A stretch of 64,000 nucleotides of DNA from a bacterium (lineage in GTDB: Bacteria; Vulcanimicrobiota; Vulcanimicrobiia; Vulcanimicrobiales; SCRA01), in assembly GCA_004297985.1 (NCBI GenBank), contig SCRA01000038.1:22377-86376 (forward strand), given 5' to 3'. A model generated the notes under the pieces. It did no database searches and was not told where the DNA came from. It worked only from the letters and a program-made list of their open reading frames with translations. Positions 12,845-21,601 of the stretch are shown here, one piece after another (the stretch's first letter is position 1; the number at the start of each line of letters is the position of its first letter). The position numbers and the translations under genes were made by a program.

Positions 12845-13692
12845 CCGCGACCGACGAGTTGGCAAAGCCCAGCGCGGCAACGCGCGGCTTCAAACGTCGC
12901 GCGCTGATCGGCGTGGCGCTGGCGGTCGTTGGGATCGGATCGATCTTTTACCAGCCAGCCTTCGACGTCTTGGTCTACGTCATCGCGGTGGGGGCTCTCT
13001 GGGAGCTGCATAAGCTCGACGAGCGCAAGGGATCGCCGCTCCACTGGCCCGTGGCGTTGGCCGCCGTCAGCGGCTACGTGCTGCTGGCCGCCTTCGGGAA
13101 GCTGCCGCACTACGAGCGTGACCTGATTGGGCTCACCATCCTCGCGTCGTTCATCTACGGGCTTCTGCGTGCCGGCAGCGGCTATCTCTTGCGTACGGCG
13201 GTGACGGTGATCGCCGTGCTCTACATCGGTAAGCTCATCACCTACTACATCGTGCTGCGTAATATGCTCCCCGATGGGCTTGCGCTCACCGTTTATGCCG
13301 TGGTGCTGGTGGCCGTCACCGATACGGCGAGCATGCTGGTGGGGATTCGCCTCGGGCGCCACCGGCTGACGCCTATATCGCCGCGCAAGACCGTCGAGGG
13401 GGCTGCGGGCGGCTTTGCCGCCGCCATAGCCATCGGCGTGCTGGCAGGGACGCAGGCGCCGTTGGGATTCGCGCCTTGGCAGGCGGCGCTGATCTCGGCC
13501 GTCACTTCGCTGGCAGCGATCCTCGGCGATCTCGTGGAGTCGGCACTCAAACGCGACGCGCGCGTCAAGGACGCCGGATCGGCAATCGGCAGCCACGGCG
13601 GCGTGCTCGATCGCTTCGACTCCTATCTGTTCAGCGGGATCGCCTACTACTGGATGCTCCACCTGCTGCGCGGCATCCCGTTCGCACGATGA
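12841..13692 (+). CDS. cdsA: Phosphatidate cytidylyltransferase
   Basis: Multi-TM. TDT, ISPRKTVEG, GDLVESALKRDARVKDAG, HGGVLDRFDS. Confidence 0.95.
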   Translation: MTATDELAKPSAATRGFKRRALIGVALAVVGIGSIFYQPAFDVLVYVIAVGALWELHKLDERKGSPLHWPVALAAVSGYVLLAAFGKLPHYERDLIGLTILASFIYGLLRAGSGYLLRTAVTVIAVLYIGKLITYYIVLRNMLPDGLALTVYAVVLVAVTDTASMLVGIRLGRHRLTPISPRKTVEGAAGGFAAAIAIGVLAGTQAPLGFAPWQAALISAVTSLAAILGDLVESALKRDARVKDAGSAIGSHGGVLDRFDSYLFSGIAYYWMLHLLRGIPFAR

Positions 13693-14873
13693 ACCGGCCT
13701 CTCCTCAAGCGAGTTGCGATTCTGGGGAGTACCGGCTCCGTCGGGACCCAAGCCCTCGACGTCATCGCCGCGAACCCCGAGCGCTTCAAGGTGGTTGCGC
13801 TGGCCGCAGGGCGCCGGGTTGACGAGCTCCTAGCCCAGGCCCGTGCCTTCGGACCAGCGATCGTCTCGGCCGCCGAGGGAGAGGGCGCAGGCTGTCTGCG
13901 CGCCGGTCTTCCCGGCGTTCGCGTGGAGTGTGGGGAAGCGGGCCTCTTCGCCTGCGCCCTCGAGTCGCAGGCTGACGTCGTGCTGGCCGCCACCGACGGC
14001 GCCGTCGCCATGGAGGCGATCTTCGCCGCGGTGCGCGCCGGGATCGATGTCGCCCTGGCCAACAAGGAGGTCATCGTCTCGCTGGGCGAGGCCTTGATGG
14101 ACCAGGCGGCTCACTCGGGTGCGCGCATTCTCCCCGTCGACTCCGAGCATAGCGCGATCTTCCAGTGCCTGGAGGGCGAGCCGGCGGCGGCGGTGCACAG
14201 CATCGTCCTGACGGCCAGCGGCGGCCCGTTCTGGGGGCATCGGCGTGAAGATCTCGAGCACGTTACCGTCGCCGACGCCCTGCGCCATCCCACGTGGCAG
14301 ATGGGGACGAAGAACACGATCGATTCCGCCACGATGATGAATAAGGGTCTGGAAGTGATCGAGGCCTGCCGGCTCTTTGCCCTTCCGCCGGAGCGCGTGC
14401 GCGTCCTGGTCCACCGGCAGAGCGTGGTTCATGGGCTGGCGATCTTCTCCGACGGCAACGTGAAGGCACAGGTGGCGGTTCCGGACATGCGCCTACCGAT
14501 CGGCTACGCGCTGGCGTATCCGAATCGCCTCGAGCGCTCCCCGCTGCCCTTCGAGCCCCTCGCTTTGCTAGGCGGGAGCGGGCAAGCCACGCTCACGTTC
14601 GAAGAACCGGACGAGGAGCGCTTTCCTTGCTTGGGCTTGGCCTATCGCGCTTTGCGCGAGGGTGGTACGGCCACGGCGGTGCTCTCCGCCGCCAACGAGG
14701 TGGCGGTGCGCGCCTTCGTCGACGGTGCGATCGGCTTCACGGAGATAGCGCGCTTGGTGGGAGCCGTGCTCGACGCACACGAAGCGGGGAGTGCGACGCT
14801 GGAGGCCGTGCGCCGGGCGGATGCCTGGGCGCGAGCTTTCGCGGAACAATCCGCTCGGACGCTCCACCGGTAG
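13689..14873 (+). CDS. dxr: 1-deoxy-D-xylulose 5-phosphate reductoisomerase
   Basis: ILGSTGSVG, LANKE, PVDSEHSAIFQ, TASGGPF, HPTWQMG, DSATMMNKGLEVIEA. Confidence 0.97.
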   Translation: MNRPLLKRVAILGSTGSVGTQALDVIAANPERFKVVALAAGRRVDELLAQARAFGPAIVSAAEGEGAGCLRAGLPGVRVECGEAGLFACALESQADVVLAATDGAVAMEAIFAAVRAGIDVALANKEVIVSLGEALMDQAAHSGARILPVDSEHSAIFQCLEGEPAAAVHSIVLTASGGPFWGHRREDLEHVTVADALRHPTWQMGTKNTIDSATMMNKGLEVIEACRLFALPPERVRVLVHRQSVVHGLAIFSDGNVKAQVAVPDMRLPIGYALAYPNRLERSPLPFEPLALLGGSGQATLTFEEPDEERFPCLGLAYRALREGGTATAVLSAANEVAVRAFVDGAIGFTEIARLVGAVLDAHEAGSATLEAVRRADAWARAFAEQSARTLHR

Positions 14874-14893
14874 AGGATCATAGAGAAGACCGC

Positions 14894-16015
14894 ATGCACG
14901 TCGACCTCGGACTCACTTTTCGCATCATTACGTTCCTGATCACGCTCAGCGTGCTGATCGTGCTCCACGAGTGGGGGCATTTCATCGTCGCCAAGCTCTC
15001 ACGAGTACGCGTGACGGACTTCGCGATCGGCTTCGGCCCATCGTTGATCTGCATTCGCTACAACGGCACCAACTACCGCATCAACCCGTTCCTGGTGGGC
15101 GGCTACTGTCTGATGCTCGGTGAAGACGGGCGCAAGGCGGAGCAGTCCGGAGTGACGGCAACGCCGGTCGACCTCGATCAGGAGGCGGGGCGCTACGGCA
15201 CGGACTTCCAGGGAAAGCCCGTCCTCGCGCGGCTAGCCATCGTGCTGGCCGGCCCCGTCATGAACTTCATCTTGGGCTTCGCGATCTTCGTGGTCGCCCT
15301 CGCGGGTGTCGGCCGTCAGGTGGCCACCACCACCATCGCCTCGCTCAGCTCACCGACCATGCCCGCGGCGATGGCCGGCCTGCGACCCGGCGATACGATC
15401 ACGGCGATCGACGGCAAGCCGGTGAAAGACGGCGCCGCCATGGTCGGTCTGATCAACCGTTCGGCGGGTATCCCGCTGGCGCTGAGCGTACGCCGCAGCG
15501 CCGCGGTTCTGACCATTAGAGTTACGCCGGTCGCCACGGATGTCAATGGGCGGCGCATCGGTTTGACGGGCTTCTCGCCCGCGTTTACCAGCGTGCCCGA
15601 GCCTCTCACGAGAGCGGTGCCCGAGGCATGGGATCAGACGACGCTCGTGCTCGCCTCGACCGTCGGCTCGCTCGTGCAGCTCGCAACGCACTTCACGCAT
15701 ACCGCTCCTCAGCTCTCCGGCATCATCGGCATCGGGCAGGTGGCCACGCAAGTTCAGCAGGAGGGATGGGGGCCGTACCTCGTCTTCGCGGGATCGATCT
15801 CCATTCTCTTGGGCTTCTTCAACCTGCTGCCGCTGCCCGCACTCGACGGTGGGCGCGCCGCGTTCTTCGTTGCGGAGATATTGCGGGGAAAGCCGGTGGA
15901 CCCAGAGAAGGAAGGCTTGGTGCATGTCGTCGGCTTCGTGGTGCTGATGGCGCTGATGGTAGTCATCGCATTCCACGACGTCCAACGTCTGTTGCTGCAC
16001 CAAAGCATTCTGTAA
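14894..16015 (+). CDS. rseP: RIP metalloprotease (site-2 protease with PDZ domain)
   Basis: HEWGH, IGFGP, AGPVMN, PDZ (AGLRPGD), NLLPLPALDGG. Confidence 0.93.
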   Translation: MHVDLGLTFRIITFLITLSVLIVLHEWGHFIVAKLSRVRVTDFAIGFGPSLICIRYNGTNYRINPFLVGGYCLMLGEDGRKAEQSGVTATPVDLDQEAGRYGTDFQGKPVLARLAIVLAGPVMNFILGFAIFVVALAGVGRQVATTTIASLSSPTMPAAMAGLRPGDTITAIDGKPVKDGAAMVGLINRSAGIPLALSVRRSAAVLTIRVTPVATDVNGRRIGLTGFSPAFTSVPEPLTRAVPEAWDQTTLVLASTVGSLVQLATHFTHTAPQLSGIIGIGQVATQVQQEGWGPYLVFAGSISILLGFFNLLPLPALDGGRAAFFVAEILRGKPVDPEKEGLVHVVGFVVLMALMVVIAFHDVQRLLLHQSIL

Positions 16016-16026
16016 CTCGAGATAGC

Positions 16027-17166
16027 ATGATTCATTTACGTCGTAAATCGAAGCCCATCGTTCTCAAGAATCGTACGGCTAGCACCAATACCACCTCGGT
16101 CACCATCGGCGGGGACGCTCCGATCGCTGTCCAGTCGATGACCACGACGGATACCGCCGACGTCGAGAAAACGCTCGAACAGATCTACGGCTTGAAAATG
16201 GCGGGTTGCGAGGTGGTCCGCTGCACCGTCCAGGATCCCAAGGACGCCGCTGGTCTACCGGCGATCGTGTCCCGCTCGCCGGTGCCCATCGTGGCCGACG
16301 TCCACTTCGATTACCGCATGGCCCTGGCCGCCATCGAGGCAGGTGTCGCGAAACTCCGTCTCAACCCCGGAAATATCCGCGATGAGAAGAAGATCCGCGA
16401 AGTCGTCAAGGCAGCGATCGACGCGAAGTGTCCGATTCGCGTAGGCGTGAATATGGGCTCGCTCGACCCGGATCTCGAGAAGCGCTTGGGCCACACGCCG
16501 GAGGCGATGGTCGAGTCGGCGATGCGTCACGTCACGATCCTCGAGGACCTCGGCCACACGGATATCATCATCTCCGTCAAGGCGCACGACGTCCGCTCGA
16601 CCGTCGAGGCGTACCGGTTGATGGCCAAGCGCGTGGCGTACCCGTTGCACTTGGGTGTCACCGAGGCGGGTCTGCCGCGCGAGGGGACGATCAAGTCGTC
16701 GATCGCCATCGGCATGCTGCTGGCCGAGGGCATCGGTGATACCGTACGCGTCTCCCTCGCCGCCGAGCCTGTGGAAGAGGTGCCCGTCGTGTGGGGCATC
16801 CTGCGCGCCCTGGGATTGCGCGAGAAGGGATTGGACATCACGGCCTGCCCCTCGTGCGGACGTGCCGAAATCGCCGTCGTCGAGCTGGCACGCTCCGTCG
16901 AGGCGATCGCCAAGGCCTATACGGCGCCGGTCAAGGTAGCTGTGATGGGCTGCGTGGTGAACGGTCCCGGTGAGAGCAAGATGGCCGATGTCGGCGTGGC
17001 GGGCGGCAAGGGCAAGGGAGCGATCTACCGAAAAGGCGCGCTGGTCGGCACGTTCCCTGAGGCGGAGTTGCTAGGGGCACTGCGCTTGGAGATCGAGCGC
17101 GTCATCGACGAGCAGTACCCCGCATACCGCAACGAGCTCACGCTGTTGACGCCGAGCTCCACGTGA
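16027..17166 (+). CDS. ispG: 4-hydroxy-3-methylbut-2-en-1-yl diphosphate synthase
   Basis: VQSMT, ADVHF, RLNPGNI, HLGVTEAG, GIGDTVRVSL, CPSCGR, GCVVNGPGE. Confidence 0.97.
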   Translation: MIHLRRKSKPIVLKNRTASTNTTSVTIGGDAPIAVQSMTTTDTADVEKTLEQIYGLKMAGCEVVRCTVQDPKDAAGLPAIVSRSPVPIVADVHFDYRMALAAIEAGVAKLRLNPGNIRDEKKIREVVKAAIDAKCPIRVGVNMGSLDPDLEKRLGHTPEAMVESAMRHVTILEDLGHTDIIISVKAHDVRSTVEAYRLMAKRVAYPLHLGVTEAGLPREGTIKSSIAIGMLLAEGIGDTVRVSLAAEPVEEVPVVWGILRALGLREKGLDITACPSCGRAEIAVVELARSVEAIAKAYTAPVKVAVMGCVVNGPGESKMADVGVAGGKGKGAIYRKGALVGTFPEAELLGALRLEIERVIDEQYPAYRNELTLLTPSST

Positions 17167-17639
17167 CCATGGCGCTGCGTTTGCCTTCGAAACGCTACGT
17201 CTGCGTGACGCTGCTCGTCAGCTCGGCACTCTCGCTGATGATGGCGTTCGGGCGTCCGGTCGAGATGACGGTCGACGGGCGGAGCGTGCCGCTAGACGTG
17301 CCGCCGGTAACGGCATGGCACGAGACATTCGTGCCGGCGCGCGCCCTCCTCAGAGAACTGGGTGCGCAGACGAGCTTCGACCCCCACAAGCAGCGTTTGG
17401 TTGCCGTCAGCAGCAATGATACCGTCATCTTCCGCGCCGGTCTGCCCATCGCGAAGATCGACGGTAAGCGCGTCGGTTTGACGCATGCCCCGTTCATCGA
17501 GCAAGGGCGGATGATGATTCCTGTCAGCTTCGTGGAACGCGAGCTGGGGGCGCGGGTCTCCTTCGACTCGCAGCACTACCGGCTCGACTTCGCCGTCCCC
17601 GGGATGGTGGAAGCCGGGGCTCAAGGGCTCGATCGCTAG
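17163..17639 (+). CDS. Copper amine oxidase N-terminal (stalk) domain secreted protein
   Basis: N-terminal hydrophobic segment. TFVPARALLRELGA and APFIEQGRMMIPVSFVERELGARV repeats are typical of the domain. Confidence 0.75.
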   Translation: MTMALRLPSKRYVCVTLLVSSALSLMMAFGRPVEMTVDGRSVPLDVPPVTAWHETFVPARALLRELGAQTSFDPHKQRLVAVSSNDTVIFRAGLPIAKIDGKRVGLTHAPFIEQGRMMIPVSFVERELGARVSFDSQHYRLDFAVPGMVEAGAQGLDR

Positions 17640-17675
17640 CAACGTAACTCGTAACACTGGGAGGCTCTCCGCGAG

Positions 17676-18236
17676 ATGGTTGAGCAGGATCGCCGCGGTC
17701 CCTGGACGACGGTTGAGCGCGAGCGACTCTATCGCAATCCTTGGGGCGCGCTCGAGCGCCATATGGTGATCCGCCCCGACGGCACGCCCGGAGAACACCT
17801 CTTCGTCGACCTTCCGCCGGCAGTGGGAGTGTTGGCGGCCGACGGCCGCGACGTGTTGCTGGTACGGCAGCCGCGCTACGGGATCGGCCGCGACGTGCTC
17901 GAGATCGTCAAGGGCGGGCGTCACGAAGGGGAGACGGCGGAGGCGGCGGCGCGGCGCGAGTTGCGAGAGGAGGCAGGCATCGATGCCAAGCGCCTTCTGC
18001 CGCTAGGCGAGCGCGTGGCGCTGCCCAGCATTACCAACGAGCGCGCGACGCTTTACGCCGCCACCGGGCTCAAGGAGATCGAGCCGGAACCCGACGGCAG
18101 CGAGGTGATCGAAGTCGTGCGTATGACGCTCGACGAAGCTCTCAACTCCGCCCTCGAGGGCGGGATCGAGGACGCCGACACGGTCGTGGCACTGGCGCGC
18201 TACGCCTTCGCCATCAACATCCTTCGCATCGAGTAG
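17676..18236 (+). CDS. NUDIX hydrolase (ADP-ribose pyrophosphatase-like)
   Basis: Nudix box GGRHEGETAEAAARRELREEAG, VRQPRY. Confidence 0.9.
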   Translation: MVEQDRRGPWTTVERERLYRNPWGALERHMVIRPDGTPGEHLFVDLPPAVGVLAADGRDVLLVRQPRYGIGRDVLEIVKGGRHEGETAEAAARRELREEAGIDAKRLLPLGERVALPSITNERATLYAATGLKEIEPEPDGSEVIEVVRMTLDEALNSALEGGIEDADTVVALARYAFAINILRIE

Positions 18237-18244
18237 CTCTCACG

Positions 18245-18847
18245 CTACGCGGGGATCTCCGGCGGGGCGGGATGGTGATTCCAGAGGTGCTCGGGCTCGC
18301 CGAGCTCGTTGTTGATCCAACGTGCCCAGACGAAGAGCGCATCCGAGAGCCGGTTGAGGAATTTTCCGGCGATGGCTTCGGCCTCTCCGTCGCGTTGCAG
18401 GCGTACCAGGAGACGCTCGGCGCGGCGGCAGACCGTGCGGGCCATGTGCAGATAGCCGCCGGCGTAGGAGCCGCCGGGGTGGATGAAATTGGCGAGCGGC
18501 TCGAGATCCCGTTGACAGCGGTCGATGGCATGTTCGAGAAAGTCGATATCGGCCTGCTCGATCTTGGGCATCGCCTCGCTGCGCTTCTCCAAAGGCGTGG
18601 CGAGGTCGGAGCCGAGGTTGAACAGCGAGTCCTGCGTCCAAGCAAGCCATCGATCGAGCGTTTGCGCACGCGGGCGTTTCGCGTGCTCGGCAAGCGCGCG
18701 GCGTGCCAGGCCGATCATCGACGAGCACTCGTCGACGGTTCCATAGCACTCGATGCGCTGCGCGTCTTTGGGAACGCGCGCTCCGCCGACCAGTCCCGTC
18801 ATCCCGGCGTCGCCGGTGCGCGTATAGATGCGTGTCAACTTCGGCAT
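18245..18847 (-). CDS. pduO: Cob(I)alamin adenosyltransferase, PduO type
   Basis: IYTRTGDAGMT, YGTVDE, LFNLGSDLATP, ARTVCRRAER, LNRLSDALFVWAR. Confidence 0.93.
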   Translation of the reverse strand: MPKLTRIYTRTGDAGMTGLVGGARVPKDAQRIECYGTVDECSSMIGLARRALAEHAKRPRAQTLDRWLAWTQDSLFNLGSDLATPLEKRSEAMPKIEQADIDFLEHAIDRCQRDLEPLANFIHPGGSYAGGYLHMARTVCRRAERLLVRLQRDGEAEAIAGKFLNRLSDALFVWARWINNELGEPEHLWNHHPAPPEIPA

Positions 18848-18880
18848 ACGCGAGGATTCGCCACACGTGCCACCCATTCA

Positions 18881-18939
18881 TTGACAGCGCGCTAGGCGCG
18901 GTGATACTCTGCCACGGAAGGTGTGTGAAATGTATTTCA
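18881..18939 (+). promoter_or_regulatory. sigma70-like promoter and palindromic operator of the IclR gene
   Basis: TTGACA(18881-86)-N16-GATACT. Perfect inverted repeat TGAAAT-gt-ATTTCA at 18926-18939. Confidence 0.6.
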
Positions 18940-18965
18940 GATGAAGAATACGGGGCTAGCAGCCG

Positions 18966-19760
18966 ATGGCGAAACAGCTAAAGAAGGATCTGCTCGGCAC
19001 GATTGTTCGTGGATTACGTGCCCTCGACTACCTCGCGACCCAACCGCACGGGGCGACGCCTAAAGAGCTCTCTCGCGCTTTGCGCTGGAACATCTCGACT
19101 TGCTACCACGTGCTCAACACCTTGGAGTCGGAGCGCTACGCCGTGCGCGATGCGGCGACCACCGCCTTTCGGCTCGGGCCCAGCGTCGGCCGGCTGGCCC
19201 AGGGCTACTCCGCGCGCTTTGCGCTTCTGCCCGCGCTGCGCCCGGTCATCGTCGAGCTCTCGCGCGCAACCTCCGAGAATGCGTACTTGGCGGTGTATGA
19301 GGATCGCGAGATCGCCATTGCCGAGATCGTCGAGAGCACACAGCGCGTGCGGGTCGAGAAACTGCACCCCGGCTACATGGAGAACCTCCACGCTCGGGCC
19401 CTCGGGAAGGCCGTGCTGGCCCACCTGCCGTGGCCGGAGGTGCGTGCGCGATACCTCGCGAGTGATCCCGCGAGGCTGACGCGCTCGACCAAGACCGAAC
19501 TCGAGGCGATCCACGCAGAGCTCGAGACCACGCGCGCCCGGGGCTATAGCCTCGATCTCGAAGAATTCTGCGAAGGCGTTTGCTGTGTCGGCGCCCCGAT
19601 CTTCGATGCGCGGGGCGCGGTTGTTGCCTCGCTCTCCGTCTCCATGCCCACCTACCGCTTCGAGCCGGCGCAGGCGACGTGTATCCGCGTCGTCCGCGAG
19701 GCGGCACGCCAAGCGACCAGACTCTTGGGAGGTGACGTTGCGGCGCTCGCCCTCGCCTGA
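18966..19760 (+). CDS. IclR family transcriptional regulator
   Basis: N-terminal HTH (STCYHVLNTL, FRLGP), HARALGKAVLA, RGYSLDLEE, CVGAPIFD. Confidence 0.93.
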   Translation: MAKQLKKDLLGTIVRGLRALDYLATQPHGATPKELSRALRWNISTCYHVLNTLESERYAVRDAATTAFRLGPSVGRLAQGYSARFALLPALRPVIVELSRATSENAYLAVYEDREIAIAEIVESTQRVRVEKLHPGYMENLHARALGKAVLAHLPWPEVRARYLASDPARLTRSTKTELEAIHAELETTRARGYSLDLEEFCEGVCCVGAPIFDARGAVVASLSVSMPTYRFEPAQATCIRVVREAARQATRLLGGDVAALALA

Positions 19761-19860
19761 CCCCACGGCTGTCGCATTTCCTGCAGCAGCGATAAGAGCG
19801 ACGGCACACTTGCTAGGGCCGATTCTTTTGTAAAGATATCGTTTCATCACGTAATGTGGG

Positions 19861-19900
19861 TCTATTGACCTGCATCACATTTGCATGCTTTGGGTAGACT
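19861..19900 (+). promoter_or_regulatory. CRP/FNR-like site upstream of a TAGACT -10 element
   Basis: TTGA-cctgca-TCACATTT at 19865-19882; TAGACT at 19895-19900. Confidence 0.35.
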
Positions 19901-19940
19901 GAAGGCCCCCAGTATTCGCGCGTACCGGAGGTTGGTCTGT

Positions 19941-21563
19941 ATGCCTAGCATATCAGCCGAAACACCCCTCCCTCGCTTGGCTCCTCATCTCATTTCGAGG
20001 CCGAAGATCGAGTCGTGGCTCAAGAGGCACGCCGACGTGCCCGTTCGCCTCTTCGCCGCGCCGTCGGGATCGGGAAAGCTCACTTCGATCGTGACGTACA
20101 TGCAGGCGCGAGGGGGAGGCGCCTACTTGCGGCTCCAGCGCGCCGAGCCTCCGCGGGCGATGCGCCAGCGTCTGGCGCGAGCGTTGAACCTTGCCAAGGC
20201 GCCAGCATCGTTCGACGAGCTGCTCGTTGCGCTGCGCCGGCGCGCTCCCGTAGAGATCGCCTTTTTCGACGTGGTGATGGCGGCGGAGGAGACGCTCGAG
20301 GAGATCGATCGGCTGGTCGACGAGGCCCCGGCCGGCGTGAACTTGATCGTGGGGACGCGTTCGCGCGCCATCGTCGACGTCAGCCGCATGCTGGCCAGCG
20401 GCTGCGCTGTGCTCTGCGATGCGGAGATGCTGGCGTTCGATGCCTACGAGACGACGCGGTTGGCGGAGGCGTTAGGAGTTGCGTCCACTCCAAGCGACAT
20501 CGCGTACCTGCTTCACGAGAGCGAAGGCTGGGCCGCCGTGACGACCGGCGTGCTCCGTCACGCAGCCACTACCGGCCGCCCGCTGAGCGGAGCGTTCGAG
20601 GATTGGGTCCGCAGGCAAGGGCGCCTCTTCAGCGAGTTCATCGCACGCGAGCTCGAGTTCGCAACCGAACGAGAGCGCACGGCGTTCCATCGCTTGATCG
20701 CGGGCGCCCAAAGCGCGCTTCCCGAGCTCGAGACGACGGGCCTCTTCGTGCGCTACGACGAGAGCGGCTACCGCCCGTATCGCGTCGTCGCGCGCCTGTG
20801 CGGCGCAGAGCCTCGCCTCGCCGCCGACGAGAGTGTGCCGGCTCTGCCGATGACGGTGAAGATGTTCGGCCGCTTCGAGGCGGAGATCGGCGGTCGACCG
20901 ATCCCGTGGGTGCGGCGGCGCGATCAGGATCTCTTCAAGTATCTGCTGCTCAAGGGGAATTCCAGCGCCTCGCGCGGCGAGCTCATCGAAACGTTCTGGC
21001 CGCAGGCCGATCCGCATCTCGCGGGTCAATCCTTGCGCACGGCATGCGCGAACGTGCGAAAGGCAATCGGAACGCTGGTCGGGAGCGAGGGTGCCGAGCG
21101 GTATATCAGCACCAACGGCGCGATCTGCCTCAACCTCGCGCACATCGTCGTGGATGTCCGCCGGTTCAAGGCGCACATCACCGACGGCGACGAGGAGTAC
21201 GAGCGCGGACACCATGACGAGGCGATCGCGCACTACCGCGCGGCCGACGCGCTCTATCGCGGTCCCCTGCTGCAGGAGGATGCGTCCGCGCCATGGTTCG
21301 CCCCGCGTGTCGCGATGTACCAAGAACTCTACGTTCATAGTCTGGAGCGGCAGGGAGAGTGTTGGATCGCCAAGGGTGAGCCGATCCTCGCCCGCCAGTG
21401 CGCCTATCGCGTGCTTGCGCTCAAGCCGGATGCCGTCGAAGGGCGCCGCCTGGTTCGACTGGCGCTCTCGTCGCCGGGACCGAGCGAGGATGCCGATCAG
21501 AAGAGGCGCGCGATAGGACTGCAGCAACTGCCGGAGCGGGCGGAGATCGCCCTCGAGCACTGA
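19941..21563 (+). CDS. Transcriptional activator with a degenerate MalT-like NTPase N-terminus and a C-terminal wHTH/BTAD (SARP-like) region
   Basis: PRLAPHLISRP, APSGSGKLT, SEGWAA. C-terminal MFGRFEA, LFKYLLL, ETFWPQAD, VDVRRF, LYRGPLL. ATG after GGAGG. Confidence 0.85.
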   Translation: MPSISAETPLPRLAPHLISRPKIESWLKRHADVPVRLFAAPSGSGKLTSIVTYMQARGGGAYLRLQRAEPPRAMRQRLARALNLAKAPASFDELLVALRRRAPVEIAFFDVVMAAEETLEEIDRLVDEAPAGVNLIVGTRSRAIVDVSRMLASGCAVLCDAEMLAFDAYETTRLAEALGVASTPSDIAYLLHESEGWAAVTTGVLRHAATTGRPLSGAFEDWVRRQGRLFSEFIARELEFATERERTAFHRLIAGAQSALPELETTGLFVRYDESGYRPYRVVARLCGAEPRLAADESVPALPMTVKMFGRFEAEIGGRPIPWVRRRDQDLFKYLLLKGNSSASRGELIETFWPQADPHLAGQSLRTACANVRKAIGTLVGSEGAERYISTNGAICLNLAHIVVDVRRFKAHITDGDEEYERGHHDEAIAHYRAADALYRGPLLQEDASAPWFAPRVAMYQELYVHSLERQGECWIAKGEPILARQCAYRVLALKPDAVEGRRLVRLALSSPGPSEDADQKRRAIGLQQLPERAEIALEH

Positions 21564-21601
21564 CTAGGAGAACCGCCGCTCCCTTCGAATCTAGGCTGGT
21601 C

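Noticed and set aside
18848-18965. Cobalamin riboswitch upstream of pduO
   Set aside because: The region is short, is occupied by promoters and an operator, and shows no B12-box.
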